DNA of 64,000 bases from an uncultured SAR86 cluster bacterium (GTDB taxonomy: Bacteria > Pseudomonadota > Gammaproteobacteria > Magnimaribacterales > AG-339-G14): positions 485 to 64,484 of the forward strand of contig CACFKX010000003.1 of NCBI GenBank assembly GCA_902566955.1, given 5' to 3'. The first letter of the stretch is position 1; every line of letters starts with the position of its first letter. The position numbers and the translations under genes are program-made. Below are positions 37,746 to 48,166 of this stretch, one piece after another. The notes under the pieces were generated by a model. That model made no database searches and had not been told where the DNA came from. It saw nothing but the letters and a program-made list of their open reading frames with translations.

Positions 37746-38314
37746 CTAGCTTTGTAAATAGATTTTTTAGTTTGAGAGAGTACATTCCTTAACATAGGAA
37801 TAAATGTCTCAATAGGCTCTGTATCGTATTCTGGATCAAAAGAATTTTGATCGTATTTTGCACAAAATTCTGCACAATCTTTCCAATGCGGGTTACCTTT
37901 GAATTTATCTCTCATGTTTTTATCCAATCCTAGGAAATCAAAAAAGTAATAGCCTTGAAAAATTCCGTGATGTTTAAGAATCCAATAGTTTTTTTCGGAA
38001 ATAAATGGTTCAAGCATAGTTGCTGCAAAATCTGCATGATTTGCTGGCGCTAAAGTATCTCCAATATCATGAAGGAGCGCACAAACAATATATTCTTCAT
38101 CTCTACCATCGCGCATTGCCCTGGTTGCAGTTTGCAAACAGTGAGTGTACCTATCTACTGCAAAACCACCGTGATCGCCTTTCAATAACTCTAGGTGTTC
38201 AATCATTCGGTCTGGAAGATTGACGCTGTGCTGCATACTGGCTTCTGCGATTATTTGATAATCCTCAGCTGTGCCTTTGGTCATAGTTGTGAATTTTGCT
38301 AATTTTTCAGCCAT
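37742..38314 (-). CDS. HD-domain protein, PhnZ/TmpB (mixed-valent diiron oxygenase)-like
   Basis: 190 aa. Ligand-like series THCLQ ... LLHDIGD ... NHADF ... KHHGIFQGYYF ... YDQNSFD follows the H/HD/H/H/D pattern of HD-domain oxygenases (recollection). Confidence 0.6.
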   Translation of the reverse strand: MAEKLAKFTTMTKGTAEDYQIIAEASMQHSVNLPDRMIEHLELLKGDHGGFAVDRYTHCLQTATRAMRDGRDEEYIVCALLHDIGDTLAPANHADFAATMLEPFISEKNYWILKHHGIFQGYYFFDFLGLDKNMRDKFKGNPHWKDCAEFCAKYDQNSFDPEYDTEPIETFIPMLRNVLSQTKKSIYKAS

Positions 38315-38346
38315 ATTTGTACCTCTCGATATTATTTTACTAATTT

Positions 38347-38544
38347 TTAGCGATTTTTCATATCTTCTAATGCATCTTTATCTTTTCTAAAATGCAGATA
38401 ATAGATCTCCGGTATTCCTAAGAGATTAAACGCCAACATAAAAATAAACCAATAACCCTCTTTTGCTTGAGCAGCTTTCCAGCATGCTTTTGCTGTCCAA
38501 TATATCTCCCATATGGATAAAAGTATCACTGATGCAATAAACAT
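38347..38544 (-). CDS. small 2-TM membrane protein
   Basis: 65 aa, two hydrophobic helices, basic C-terminal tail. Weak resemblance to PLD-N-terminal-type small membrane proteins. Confidence 0.4.
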   Translation of the reverse strand: MFIASVILLSIWEIYWTAKACWKAAQAKEGYWFIFMLAFNLLGIPEIYYLHFRKDKDALEDMKNR

Positions 38545-38582
38545 AACTATTTCATTTTAATCTATAAACAATCTGAATGTGA

Positions 38583-39317
38583 TTAGGAAATCAGTATCCA
38601 AGTAGCATTTCCGTTTGCAAGTAATTCTTGTTCAGCGCTGTACATAGATATATTGGTAAGTATTTTTCTTCCGCTTTTATCAGAATACTTTGCTGTGATG
38701 ATGCATTTTTCTTCTACTCTTGGAACTCTTATGATCTCTACTGCTAATTTTCCTAAAACAACTAATTGCCCTTCCAATTCATTTCTATGTCTTCCAAAGT
38801 GGGCAGACCATCCGCTTGGACAATCCATGGCACTCCAGAGGTACTCGCTGTTAATATGTTTTCCATCAGAGCTGAGGCCTTTATCAGGAACCCAAGTTGT
38901 TGAAACTAAATCATCCTCAGAAGGATTGGAATCTAAATCTTGAGGACCTGTGAATAGTCTCAATCCATCACCTTCCTTTCTATTTGGGCCGCATACAAAA
39001 CAGTCTGGCAATGCATGAATGGGTTCAAATTTACTTAATCCATTTTTAGAACCAAGAAGAGCATCTGAAAAGCTGACAAATTCACACGGATCATTATCGA
39101 CGGTAGTTGTGTTCGCAATACACACTAAAGTTTCGTCATCATACAATTCATAATTTTCATTACTTTTTTTTAGTAATAACTTTTTCTCAAGCGGTGGTGG
39201 CGCAACTAATTTAACTTCACAGCATTTTCCTATTTCTTTTGCAATCAACCCTGCAACGTACCCTCCATTTCCTGAATTAGGCGGACCATTGAATCTTTTA
39301 TTAATAAATATCTCCAT
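38583..39317 (-). CDS. hotdog-fold thioesterase-like protein
   Basis: 244 aa. N-terminal GPPNSGNGGYVAG and an internal CFVCGPNRKEGDGLRL motif, as in PaaI/TesB-like hotdog proteins. Confidence 0.45.
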   Translation of the reverse strand: MEIFINKRFNGPPNSGNGGYVAGLIAKEIGKCCEVKLVAPPPLEKKLLLKKSNENYELYDDETLVCIANTTTVDNDPCEFVSFSDALLGSKNGLSKFEPIHALPDCFVCGPNRKEGDGLRLFTGPQDLDSNPSEDDLVSTTWVPDKGLSSDGKHINSEYLWSAMDCPSGWSAHFGRHRNELEGQLVVLGKLAVEIIRVPRVEEKCIITAKYSDKSGRKILTNISMYSAEQELLANGNATWILIS

Positions 39318-39715
39318 CAGTCATTCCTCATTTCTTTCCAAAGGTAACGTAATCCAAAAAAGGCTGGTAGATAACACAGCAAGGTAAAAATTATCATTTG
39401 AGCTACCAAAGGAGGTTCTCGGAAAATTTGAAATGCTGGCGCATCGATTATATCTGTAATTAATCTAACTAAAATTAGTATAAAGAGCATAGGTCCATTC
39501 TTAATGTAAATAGCAAAAAGAAAGGCTAATCCGATTGCAAGATTTCTTGCAATAAATAGTGTAGTACCAAGATTAAGTTCAGTTACGCCGATCCCAACAA
39601 AAAATGAAGGATTTACGAATGCGATGAGCGGACCATAAAACATCGGTGAAACTAATAAAAATAAAATTAAAGAAAACCACCAAGGAAAAGAAATTTTTTT
39701 ATTTGATAATTCCAT
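39317..39715 (-). CDS. hypothetical membrane protein (4 TM)
   Basis: ORF-track start (39805) reads through a tRNA fragment, so ATG 39715 (MELSNKKISFPWWF) is preferred. 132 aa, hydrophobic. Confidence 0.5.
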   Translation of the reverse strand: MELSNKKISFPWWFSLILFLLVSPMFYGPLIAFVNPSFFVGIGVTELNLGTTLFIARNLAIGLAFLFAIYIKNGPMLFILILVRLITDIIDAPAFQIFREPPLVAQMIIFTLLCYLPAFFGLRYLWKEMRND

Positions 39716-39727
39716 GATTAGATTATT

Positions 39728-39778
39728 TGGTGGAGCTAGGCAGGATCGAACCGCGGACCTCTCACATGCCATAGCTCT
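39728..39778 (-). pseudogene. truncated tRNA-Ala(GGC) copy (3' half: anticodon loop to CCA)
   Basis: 39728-39772 matches 40958-41002 at 41 of 45 positions (hand alignment). No 5' half or D-arm. The T-stem carries 2 disrupting substitutions. Confidence 0.75.
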
Positions 39779-39873
39779 AGAACCCATTTTAATCACGAAT
39801 AACAAAATTAAGCAAAGCAGTCCTTTTTTGATCCTTTAGGAAATCAAAATCCTTTTGCTTGTATGTTTCTAGC

Positions 39874-40884
39874 TCAATTCTTTTTCTTAAGTAAATAATG
39901 GGATACGAACCATTCTTTCCCATTATTAATTTTAAAAAATTCTTCACAAGTTAAGAAAAATATCCTCCACCTGTAAAACCATATATTTTGTTCATCATAA
40001 TGGTGGTTTAAAATTTGTTTAATAATTCTAGAATTTTTATCCATATTTTTTAACCATGCTTTTGAGGTTTTAGAATAATGTTCTCCATTTATTTGCCACG
40101 ACTTTACGACAGTCAAATCTTCATCAAAAAACTCAAATATATCTTTTGAAGGCATTATGCCCCCCGTAAAGAAGTACTTTGTCATCCAATCCCTTTCATT
40201 CTTTATTTCGTATAGATATGCAGATTGCCTATGACAAAACATGTGAACGAACAATTGACCTTCATCGACCATAAGATTAGATAGTCGTTTTAATAAACTT
40301 TTATAATTTCTCATATGCTCAAACATTTCTATCGAAATAATTCGATCAAAATTATTTCTTAAATTTAACTGATTTATATCTTGCTTTAATACGAAAAGGT
40401 TTGTCATTCCTAATTCTGAAGCCTTGGATTTAATGAAATTAATTTGATCGTCAGAGTTACTGACTGCTGTAAAATTAGAGTTTGGAAATTTTTGTGCAGC
40501 GTAAAGGGAGAAACTACCCCATCCACATCCTAGATCTAAAATTTCTTGCTTTGGTCTAATGTCAGCTCTTTCAATATAAAAATTAAGCATCTCTGTTTCG
40601 GCATCATTTAAACTTTTTTGATTATCGCTAAACAGACTGCAAGAGTATTTGAGCTTACTTCCCAAAACCTTTTCAAAAAAAGCTGGAGGAACTTCATAAT
40701 GTTGTCTATTTGCAGATGGAGTTGATTCAGCTATTGGTCCATCTTTCAAAGAACTTATTACAGTAAGTTTTTCAGAAACTCTGTTTGACTTTTTTATTCT
40801 TGCTTTGCTTATAAACCTTACTGAAATTCTTAACAAAAAATCTGGAATCCAGCCTCTCTCTGCAAGCCAAATTCCTAAAATCAT
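39874..40884 (-). CDS. cyclopropane-fatty-acyl-phospholipid synthase family SAM-dependent methyltransferase
   Basis: 336 aa. ILDLGCGWGSFSLYAA SAM motif and the CMAS-type C-terminal region (IEMFEHM). Confidence 0.85.
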   Translation of the reverse strand: MILGIWLAERGWIPDFLLRISVRFISKARIKKSNRVSEKLTVISSLKDGPIAESTPSANRQHYEVPPAFFEKVLGSKLKYSCSLFSDNQKSLNDAETEMLNFYIERADIRPKQEILDLGCGWGSFSLYAAQKFPNSNFTAVSNSDDQINFIKSKASELGMTNLFVLKQDINQLNLRNNFDRIISIEMFEHMRNYKSLLKRLSNLMVDEGQLFVHMFCHRQSAYLYEIKNERDWMTKYFFTGGIMPSKDIFEFFDEDLTVVKSWQINGEHYSKTSKAWLKNMDKNSRIIKQILNHHYDEQNIWFYRWRIFFLTCEEFFKINNGKEWFVSHYLLKKKN

Positions 40885-40957
40885 TTAATAACAATTAGGT
40901 TTTTCATCGGAAATTAATTGTGGTGACCACGAACATCAAAGGTTTTTAAGCATTAAA

Positions 40958-41033
<76 letters not shown>

Positions 41034-41125
41034 GTTTATATAATTAGTTTAGCTACTTTACTATTTTTGAATATTTTTTGCTTGCGTGTGAATATGATAA
41101 ATTATCTCTGCGAGAGGAAATAAAA

Positions 41126-43012
41126 ATGCAAAATTATTCTTTTGATCCTGATTATCTCAGAGATAAGTACAGACAAGAAAGAGATAAACGTCTTCGTGAA
41201 GATGGGAACGATCAATATCAAGAAGTAAGCGGAGATTTTTCTTACTTTGTTGATGATCCCTATATAAGTGAAGCAATTGAAAGGCAAGCTTTAACTGATT
41301 CTTATGAAATAGTGATCATTGGAGGCGGTTTTGGTGGTGTTCTAGCTGCATCTAGACTCAAAGAAGCTGGGTTTTCTGATTTTAAAATCATTGAAAAAGG
41401 CGGTAACTTTGGAGGAACTTGGTATTGGAACAGATACCCAGGCGCATCGTGCGATATAGAGTCCTATATCTATTTTCCATTACTAGAAGAAACAAAATTT
41501 ATTCCTGGAAAAAAATACACCAACGCACCCGAAACTTTAGAATATTTTGATGTTATCTCAGAAAAATTTGGGTTGAATGAACATGCTATTTTCCAAACTG
41601 AAGTAAACGATGTTAGGTGGAAAGACGACGAAAGACTTTGGGAAATAAATACTAATAAAGGAGATAAGATTAAATGTAATTATGTTGTTCATGCCAATGG
41701 ACCTCTTAATCGTCCTAAATTGCCTGCAATAAATGGAATTAATGATTTCAAGGGACATACTTTTCATACAAGTAGATGGGATTATCAATACACAGGAGGA
41801 TCTTCAAAGGGAAATCTATCTAACCTTAAAGATAAAAGAGTAGCTGTTATTGGCACAGGCGCCACTGCAGTCCAATGCATACCTCACCTAGCAGAGTCTG
41901 CAAAGCAATTGTATGTGTTTCAAAGGACGCCCTCTTCTATCGATGAAAGAAATAACACAGAAACCAACGAAGATTGGTTTCTAAATCAATCACCCGGTTG
42001 GCAGTCTAAAAGAAGAGAAAATTTTGAAGGTTTTTTAACAGGAAACTTTAATGGCAAAGATTTAGTCAACGATGGATGGACAGAGGTTTTTAGAAGAATA
42101 TTGGGCGCCATGTTAAATAACGGCCCTTCCAAATTTAGAATTTTTCTTTGGACTTTGGGTTCTGTATTTTCAAGAAAACTTTATACCGAGGGATTAAGAT
42201 CTTATCTGCAAGGTAAATTCATGTCCCATGTCGGAGTTAAAAATTTAGCTAAGCAAGTTGAGATGGCTGACTTTGAAAAAATGGAACAAATAAGAGCTAG
42301 GGCTGATTCTGTTGTCAACGATCCAGAGACTGCGGAATCGCTTAAACCCTATTATCGACAATTTTGTAAACGTCCTTGTTTTCATGATGAATATTTATCT
42401 GCTTTCAATAACGATAACGTTGAATTAGTGGATACAGACGGTAAAGGTGTGGATACGATCTCTGAAAAAGGAATAATTTTCAATGGCAAAGAGTATGAAG
42501 TTGACTGCATTATATTTGCTACCGGATTTGAGGTTGGCACTGAGTACACCAGAAGATGCGGTTATGAAATTTACGGCAAGAATGGTTTACGCGTTACCGA
42601 AAAGTGGAAAGATGGTTTATCAACACTCCATGGAATGCACGCAAATGGTTTTCCTAACTGTTTTTTCTTTGGACCTCAACAAGGTGCATTCACTGCTAAC
42701 TACACTCACTCCCTTGATGAGCAAAGCATTCATCTGTCTTACATATTGAAAAAAATGAAAGAAGATAAATTAACTTTTGTTGAAGCTTCCAAAGAGGCTG
42801 AAGCAGATTGGGTGGATACAATAATAGCTAAGTCTCGTGACATGCGAGATTTTAGAGAAAGTTGCACTCCTGGTTATTACAACAACGAAGGTAAACCTAA
42901 TCTGGAGCCACAAAATAATCCTTACGGTGGTGGACCATTGGAGTTCTTTTCTATGATGGATAAATGGCGAAAAGAAGGAAAATTAGAAGGTTTAGAATTA
43001 TCTGGAAATTAA
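41126..43012 (+). CDS. Baeyer-Villiger (type I flavin-dependent) monooxygenase
   Basis: IIGGGFGG FAD motif, BVMO fingerprint FKGHTFHTSRWD, second GxGxxA (VIGTGATA). ATG 41126 has a GAGGA RBS and is preferred over the upstream TTG. About 628 aa, so longer than typical CHMO-type enzymes. Confidence 0.88.
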   Translation: MQNYSFDPDYLRDKYRQERDKRLREDGNDQYQEVSGDFSYFVDDPYISEAIERQALTDSYEIVIIGGGFGGVLAASRLKEAGFSDFKIIEKGGNFGGTWYWNRYPGASCDIESYIYFPLLEETKFIPGKKYTNAPETLEYFDVISEKFGLNEHAIFQTEVNDVRWKDDERLWEINTNKGDKIKCNYVVHANGPLNRPKLPAINGINDFKGHTFHTSRWDYQYTGGSSKGNLSNLKDKRVAVIGTGATAVQCIPHLAESAKQLYVFQRTPSSIDERNNTETNEDWFLNQSPGWQSKRRENFEGFLTGNFNGKDLVNDGWTEVFRRILGAMLNNGPSKFRIFLWTLGSVFSRKLYTEGLRSYLQGKFMSHVGVKNLAKQVEMADFEKMEQIRARADSVVNDPETAESLKPYYRQFCKRPCFHDEYLSAFNNDNVELVDTDGKGVDTISEKGIIFNGKEYEVDCIIFATGFEVGTEYTRRCGYEIYGKNGLRVTEKWKDGLSTLHGMHANGFPNCFFFGPQQGAFTANYTHSLDEQSIHLSYILKKMKEDKLTFVEASKEAEADWVDTIIAKSRDMRDFRESCTPGYYNNEGKPNLEPQNNPYGGGPLEFFSMMDKWRKEGKLEGLELSGN

Positions 43013-43842
43013 CCCGCTATGGTAATTCTATGTAAAAGCCTGTCATGGCCGTCATAGCCTCCTTCCGCCATATGCATTACTGAGCGGTTATCCCACATCA
43101 ATAGAGTATCTTCAGACCATTTGTGACGATAAATATATTTATCTTGAAGAATGTGCTCGTATAGAGAAGTTAATAAGTTGAAAGATTCTTCATCGCTCTT
43201 TGACTCTATTCCAATGGTATAGACAGGATTAATAAAAAGAGTATCAAGTTTAGATTCATTATGTTTTTTAATGATCGGATGATTTTGCATAGCTTTGGCT
43301 TTTTTGCTTGTAACTATGTTCATGGATCTATCCTCTAATTCTGTGGCATAAAATCCATCATCAGCGTATGGCAACATCGCGCTATGCACACCAGACAAAT
43401 CTTTAATACTATCTCTGAGGCTAGGCTCTAGATCGATATAAGCATCTTTCGTAGAAGCAAAAAGTGTATCGCCTCCTACAGGCGGTATAATTTTTGAATA
43501 AAGTAGAGTCATGGCGGGAGGATTTTTCATAAAAGACCAATCAGAATGCCAAGTTCCTCCAAAAGGTGAAGTTTTTTCTTTGGCAGATCTTTTGACCTCA
43601 ACAATATGATTATGCTCAGGCATTGCTTTTAGATAAGGATCTTCACCGTAATCTCCAAAATACCTTGCAAATCGAGCAAACTCTTCATTCGAAATTTTTT
43701 GGTTTGGAAAAAAGACTACCTGATTTTCAATCCATGTTTGCCTTATCTCGTTTATTTGTTCTTCTGATAATTCCTTGGATAGGTCTATACCTTCAATTTT
43801 TGCGCCAAAATTATAGGTATCTATGTTTTTAGTGACTTTCAT
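43009..43842 (-). CDS. TauD/TfdA-family Fe(II)/2-oxoglutarate dioxygenase
   Basis: WHSDWSF (HxD facial triad), distal H in NRSVMH, R in RLLHRITI. ATG 43842 preferred over TTG 43869. Confidence 0.85.
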   Translation of the reverse strand: MKVTKNIDTYNFGAKIEGIDLSKELSEEQINEIRQTWIENQVVFFPNQKISNEEFARFARYFGDYGEDPYLKAMPEHNHIVEVKRSAKEKTSPFGGTWHSDWSFMKNPPAMTLLYSKIIPPVGGDTLFASTKDAYIDLEPSLRDSIKDLSGVHSAMLPYADDGFYATELEDRSMNIVTSKKAKAMQNHPIIKKHNESKLDTLFINPVYTIGIESKSDEESFNLLTSLYEHILQDKYIYRHKWSEDTLLMWDNRSVMHMAEGGYDGHDRLLHRITIAG

Positions 43843-43901
43843 AAAGCTAAATAGTAACGTTAAAGACAATATAAATAAAATTAAAAATTATTGGGAGTGA
43901 T

Positions 43902-44921
43902 ATGACAATTTCAAACGAAATCATCAATAAAAAATGGGTTCTTAAAGAAAGGCCTATTGGAATGGCAAAAAAGTCTGATTTTGAATTACAAGAAGAACAG
44001 ATGGATGATATTTCTGAAAATGAAATTATTTTGAAGAATAAATTTATTTCTTTCGATCCTACTCAAAGAGGCTGGCTCAATGATGCTCCTGGGTACCTAC
44101 CTCCAGTTCAGATAGATGAAGTTGTCAGAGCTATGGGTGTCGGTGAGGTAGTTGAGTCGAAGAACGATCAATATCAAGTTGGAGATTTAGTAATTGGTTT
44201 TACAGGCTGGCAAACCTATAACAAAACAGTCCCTTCGGATACAGGTAGATTTCGAAAGCTAAGTGATAAATTTCCCATTCCAACAACATTAAATGTTTTG
44301 GGAGCTACAGGTATAACCGCCTATTACGGAATAGTTGAACTTGGCCAAGTAAAAGAAGGTATGAATGTATTAGTGTCGGGTGCAGCTGGAGCAACCGGAT
44401 CTGTAGCTGCTCAGATTGCGAAACTTAATGGCTGTAATGTTATCGGGATTGCGGGTGGAGAGAGCAAATGCAGCTGGCTGAAAAATGATTGTGGCCTAGA
44501 TGAAGTCATCGATTATAAAAATTCTAATGTTGCTGATGAACTTAAAACAAAAGCTAAAAATGGAATAGATTTATTTTTTGATAACGTTGGAGGAGAAATT
44601 TTAGAGTCAGCTCTCAATCATATAAATCTAAATGCCAAAGTATTATTGTGTGGTGGTATCTCAGGATACAACTCTACCGAACCCTTGCCTGGTCCTAGAA
44701 ATCTTATGAATTTAGTTATTAGAAGAGCAACTATAGAGGGTTTTTTAGTGATGGATTATTTACCAAATTCTAAAAAAGCCCTAGAACAATTGGAGGAATA
44801 TCTCGAAAATAATCAGTTGGAACATCAGGAAGATATATTAAGTGGAATCGAAAATTGCCCGGACGCTTTAAATAGATTATTTACTGGCCAAAATATTGGT
44901 AAACAATTAGTAGAGGTCTAA
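43902..44921 (+). CDS. NADP-dependent alkenal/one oxidoreductase (LTB4 12-HD/PTGR1, YncB-like MDR)
   Basis: 339 aa. VSGAAGATGSVAAQIAK and the N-terminal KKWVLKERP..G pattern typical of this MDR subfamily. Confidence 0.85.
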   Translation: MTISNEIINKKWVLKERPIGMAKKSDFELQEEQMDDISENEIILKNKFISFDPTQRGWLNDAPGYLPPVQIDEVVRAMGVGEVVESKNDQYQVGDLVIGFTGWQTYNKTVPSDTGRFRKLSDKFPIPTTLNVLGATGITAYYGIVELGQVKEGMNVLVSGAAGATGSVAAQIAKLNGCNVIGIAGGESKCSWLKNDCGLDEVIDYKNSNVADELKTKAKNGIDLFFDNVGGEILESALNHINLNAKVLLCGGISGYNSTEPLPGPRNLMNLVIRRATIEGFLVMDYLPNSKKALEQLEEYLENNQLEHQEDILSGIENCPDALNRLFTGQNIGKQLVEV

Positions 44922-46849
44922 TTAAGATTTTCAGCTAGAAATCTCTCAATTTCTCTAAACATAACAAATCTATTGCCCTGCTCATCAAAGTAGTGAGTGG
45001 CCTTTGGTATTTCAAAGTATTCTACAGAATCATTGCTATTTTTTATTTTGTTGTAAAACATTGAGGATTGATTATGAGGAACTTGTGTATCGTAAGTTCC
45101 ATGAATAAGCAAAATAGGTTTTTTAATTTTATCTGTGTAATTAATTGCTGAAACTGAATCTAAATATTCTTTATCTTCAAAAGCATCGCCATGCATAATT
45201 TTATTCATTTTTGCAGAACCCCTAAAAAATGTCTCAGATCTTAACAGCTTAGTAAAATCTGAAATACCAGCAATACTCACAAAACATTTAAATTTATCTT
45301 GAGATTGAAAACTTCCTGTCAATGCTGCGTAACCTCCGTAACTTGCACCAACCATGCATGCTTTTTTACCATTTAGATCGTAATTTTGAACTACGTAATC
45401 AAAACCATCGATCATATCGTTTTGCATCTTCATGCCGGATTCTCTGTAACCAGAGATTTGATAATCTTTACCCCAACCCGCTGAGCCTCTGAACTGTGGT
45501 TGAAAAACCGCATAACCTTGACTGACCATAGCTTGAAGCCAAGGATCAAAATAATCGATTCTATCTCTCGCAGTTGGTCCGCCGTGAGGAAAAAGTATGA
45601 TGGGTGGATTTTTGACTCCTTCTGGAAGAGTTAAAAAACCATACAATTGATAATCATCTCGCGACTTATACTCTATAACTTTAGTAACAGAATTAACTTT
45701 GTTTTCTAACTGAGGATACTGACTCGAGATAAAAAAAGATTTACCGGTTTTTTTATCGAATCCAAAATATTTGCCTGGAGAGTTTGCATTGCGGATAGTT
45801 GCAATGAATCTAGAAAAGTCATTACTATAAGAACTAATGTTAATGTGATGACCTGGAAATGACTTTTTCAAAGATTTTATGATGCCATTTTCTTCAGGAT
45901 CAAAAAAATCGCACTCCCTCGTAAATCTTTCGTAGCAGACCATCTTAATCTCACCATCTTCAACTTCTAAAGATGCAATTTCGTGATCTTTCTTAGAGTA
46001 AATAGGCTTACTTAATTTTCCAGTTTCTAAGTTAAATTTTGAAATATATGAAAAGTTGCTATCAAAATTTGAGTATATGAATAAATTTCCATCATTTTTA
46101 TCGACGCCGCCAACGTAAAAATTATCGGTTGCAAGGTCTTCAGTGTTAGCCCTGTAAATCTCAGTCCAGCTATCATCTTTATTAGGTCGATAGAAGATCT
46201 TAGCTATACCCTCATCAGAATCATAGAAATCTGCAAATTGAATCTTGCCCTCTGAAACGATGAAATTGGTTACTCTGTCACCATCAGAATCAGTGAACGG
46301 TGATTCGATTTTTTTAAATCTATTATTCTTTAAATTAACTTCAAAAATAGCAACGGCTCTTTCTCTTGGATCGTAGTTAGAGACCAATATTTTATTTTCT
46401 TCATCTTCTAAAATATCAACTAAGGAGATGCTTTCGTATTTTGAAATATTTGAATTTTGCTTATCTTTATATATGGATTTATTTTCAATAATTTTAAAAT
46501 TTGAACCATCTGAATCTATTGTGTTCAGATCGTAAACTCTGAACGTTCTTTCTCTTACCTTTTCTGCTTTACTTGTTTGAAAAATAATCTTCTTATTATT
46601 AGCCCACTCTATCCATTCAAGTCGATCGTATTCGTTTTTAAGCGATGCAATGGGATTGAAATTAGTTGAGCCAAATTCTGTCACCACGATATAAGGCATG
46701 CCTTCAATGTTAGCTAAAGCAGCAATTTTTTCTCCGTCAGGAGATATGGTCACGTTGCTAAAAAAAGGGAGCTTTCCAAAATCTTTATAATCAAGAGCAG
46801 CTGAAGTCAGAGAGAATATTATAAAAATTAACAGGAAAGATTTTTTCAT
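44918..46849 (-). CDS. secreted S9-family serine peptidase (prolyl oligopeptidase/DPP-like)
   Basis: 643 aa. Signal peptide, N-terminal propeller-like region, GASYGGY nucleophile elbow, and C-terminal D and H (HGTYDTQVP, ATHYF). Confidence 0.82.
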   Translation of the reverse strand: MKKSFLLIFIIFSLTSAALDYKDFGKLPFFSNVTISPDGEKIAALANIEGMPYIVVTEFGSTNFNPIASLKNEYDRLEWIEWANNKKIIFQTSKAEKVRERTFRVYDLNTIDSDGSNFKIIENKSIYKDKQNSNISKYESISLVDILEDEENKILVSNYDPRERAVAIFEVNLKNNRFKKIESPFTDSDGDRVTNFIVSEGKIQFADFYDSDEGIAKIFYRPNKDDSWTEIYRANTEDLATDNFYVGGVDKNDGNLFIYSNFDSNFSYISKFNLETGKLSKPIYSKKDHEIASLEVEDGEIKMVCYERFTRECDFFDPEENGIIKSLKKSFPGHHINISSYSNDFSRFIATIRNANSPGKYFGFDKKTGKSFFISSQYPQLENKVNSVTKVIEYKSRDDYQLYGFLTLPEGVKNPPIILFPHGGPTARDRIDYFDPWLQAMVSQGYAVFQPQFRGSAGWGKDYQISGYRESGMKMQNDMIDGFDYVVQNYDLNGKKACMVGASYGGYAALTGSFQSQDKFKCFVSIAGISDFTKLLRSETFFRGSAKMNKIMHGDAFEDKEYLDSVSAINYTDKIKKPILLIHGTYDTQVPHNQSSMFYNKIKNSNDSVEYFEIPKATHYFDEQGNRFVMFREIERFLAENLN

Positions 46850-46873
46850 GAGCGAATTCTAACAAATAATTTT

Positions 46874-48097
46874 TTATGTTGAAGCTCTAAGTTTGCCCAA
46901 CTCTTCTCTAGCTACCGTTCTTCTGTGTACCTCATCCGGACCGTCTCCAATTCTTAGATACCTTGTTGATTGGAATAGACTTGCCAGAATAGTATCTTGT
47001 GAGACGCCTTCACCTCCATGAATTTGAATAGCTGCATCAATGATCTTAACTGCCATAGAAGGAACTGAAACTTTGATTTGAGCTATCTCGCTCCTAGCAA
47101 TTTTGTTGCCAACTTCATCCATCATATATGCTGCTCTTAAGGTAGAAAGTCTAGCCATTTCTAAATCTATCCGACAATTCGCAATTACATCGTAATTCCC
47201 TCCAAGTTCGGCTATAGGTTTACCAAATGCCTTTCGGTTAAGAGAGCGTTTACATAATAATTCTAAAGCCCTCTCGGCAAGACCGATAATTCTCATGCAA
47301 TGATGGATTCTTCCTGGGCCGAGTCTCCCTTGAGCTATTTCAAATCCTCTGCCCTCCCCTAAGATAATGTTTTCTTTTGGAACTCTTACGTTTTTAAACT
47401 CAAGATGACCGTGGCCATGAGGTGCATGATCTGCACCGTAAACAGTGAGATATCTTTTGAGTTTTATTCCAGGGGAATCGTACGGAACAATAATCTGTGA
47501 TTGACGCTGATGTTTAGGACTATCAGGGTTGCTAACGCCCATGAAAATTAAAAACTTGCAGTTTGGATGACCAACACCTGAAGCCCACCATTTTTCTCCA
47601 TTGATTACGTAATGATCACCATCCAATTCCATGGTTGAAGAGATATTTGTAGCATCAGATGAAGCTACGTTTGGTTCAGTCATAGCAAAACATGACCTTA
47701 TCTCTCCCTCTAAAAGAGGCTTGAGCCACTTGTCTTTTTGCTCCTCACTGCCATACCTTTCCAATACTTCCATGTTTCCTGTATCTGGAGCAGAACAATT
47801 GAAAACTTCAGAGGACCAACCCACTCTTCCCATAATTTCAGCAAGTGGTGCGTATTCTAGATTAGTTAGACCATAACCGTATTCACTCGTGGGAAGGAAG
47901 AAGTTCCAAAGGTCTTTCTCTTTGGCAATTTTTTTTAGTTCTTCAACAATTGGAACTGCCTGCCAGGGATTTCCTTTTTCTCTAAATTCTGAAACTTGTG
48001 ACACATATGTTGATTCATTTGGGTAAATAAATTCATCCATAAAGGAACTAAGTTTTTCAATGAGTTCCTGAGTTTTTCCTGAGTGATGAAAATACAT
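46874..48097 (-). CDS. acyl-CoA dehydrogenase (ACAD10/11 / FadE2-like)
   Basis: 407 aa. CFAMTEP..ASSDATN, WWASG, and a C-terminal IGDGPDEVH motif typical of this ACAD clade. Confidence 0.85.
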   Translation of the reverse strand: MYFHHSGKTQELIEKLSSFMDEFIYPNESTYVSQVSEFREKGNPWQAVPIVEELKKIAKEKDLWNFFLPTSEYGYGLTNLEYAPLAEIMGRVGWSSEVFNCSAPDTGNMEVLERYGSEEQKDKWLKPLLEGEIRSCFAMTEPNVASSDATNISSTMELDGDHYVINGEKWWASGVGHPNCKFLIFMGVSNPDSPKHQRQSQIIVPYDSPGIKLKRYLTVYGADHAPHGHGHLEFKNVRVPKENIILGEGRGFEIAQGRLGPGRIHHCMRIIGLAERALELLCKRSLNRKAFGKPIAELGGNYDVIANCRIDLEMARLSTLRAAYMMDEVGNKIARSEIAQIKVSVPSMAVKIIDAAIQIHGGEGVSQDTILASLFQSTRYLRIGDGPDEVHRRTVAREELGKLRAST

Positions 48098-48166
48098 TTC
48101 TAGATTCCAACAATTACTTTGATAAGATTATTCCAACAACAAAATTAATTAGATAGGTAGGTTAAT

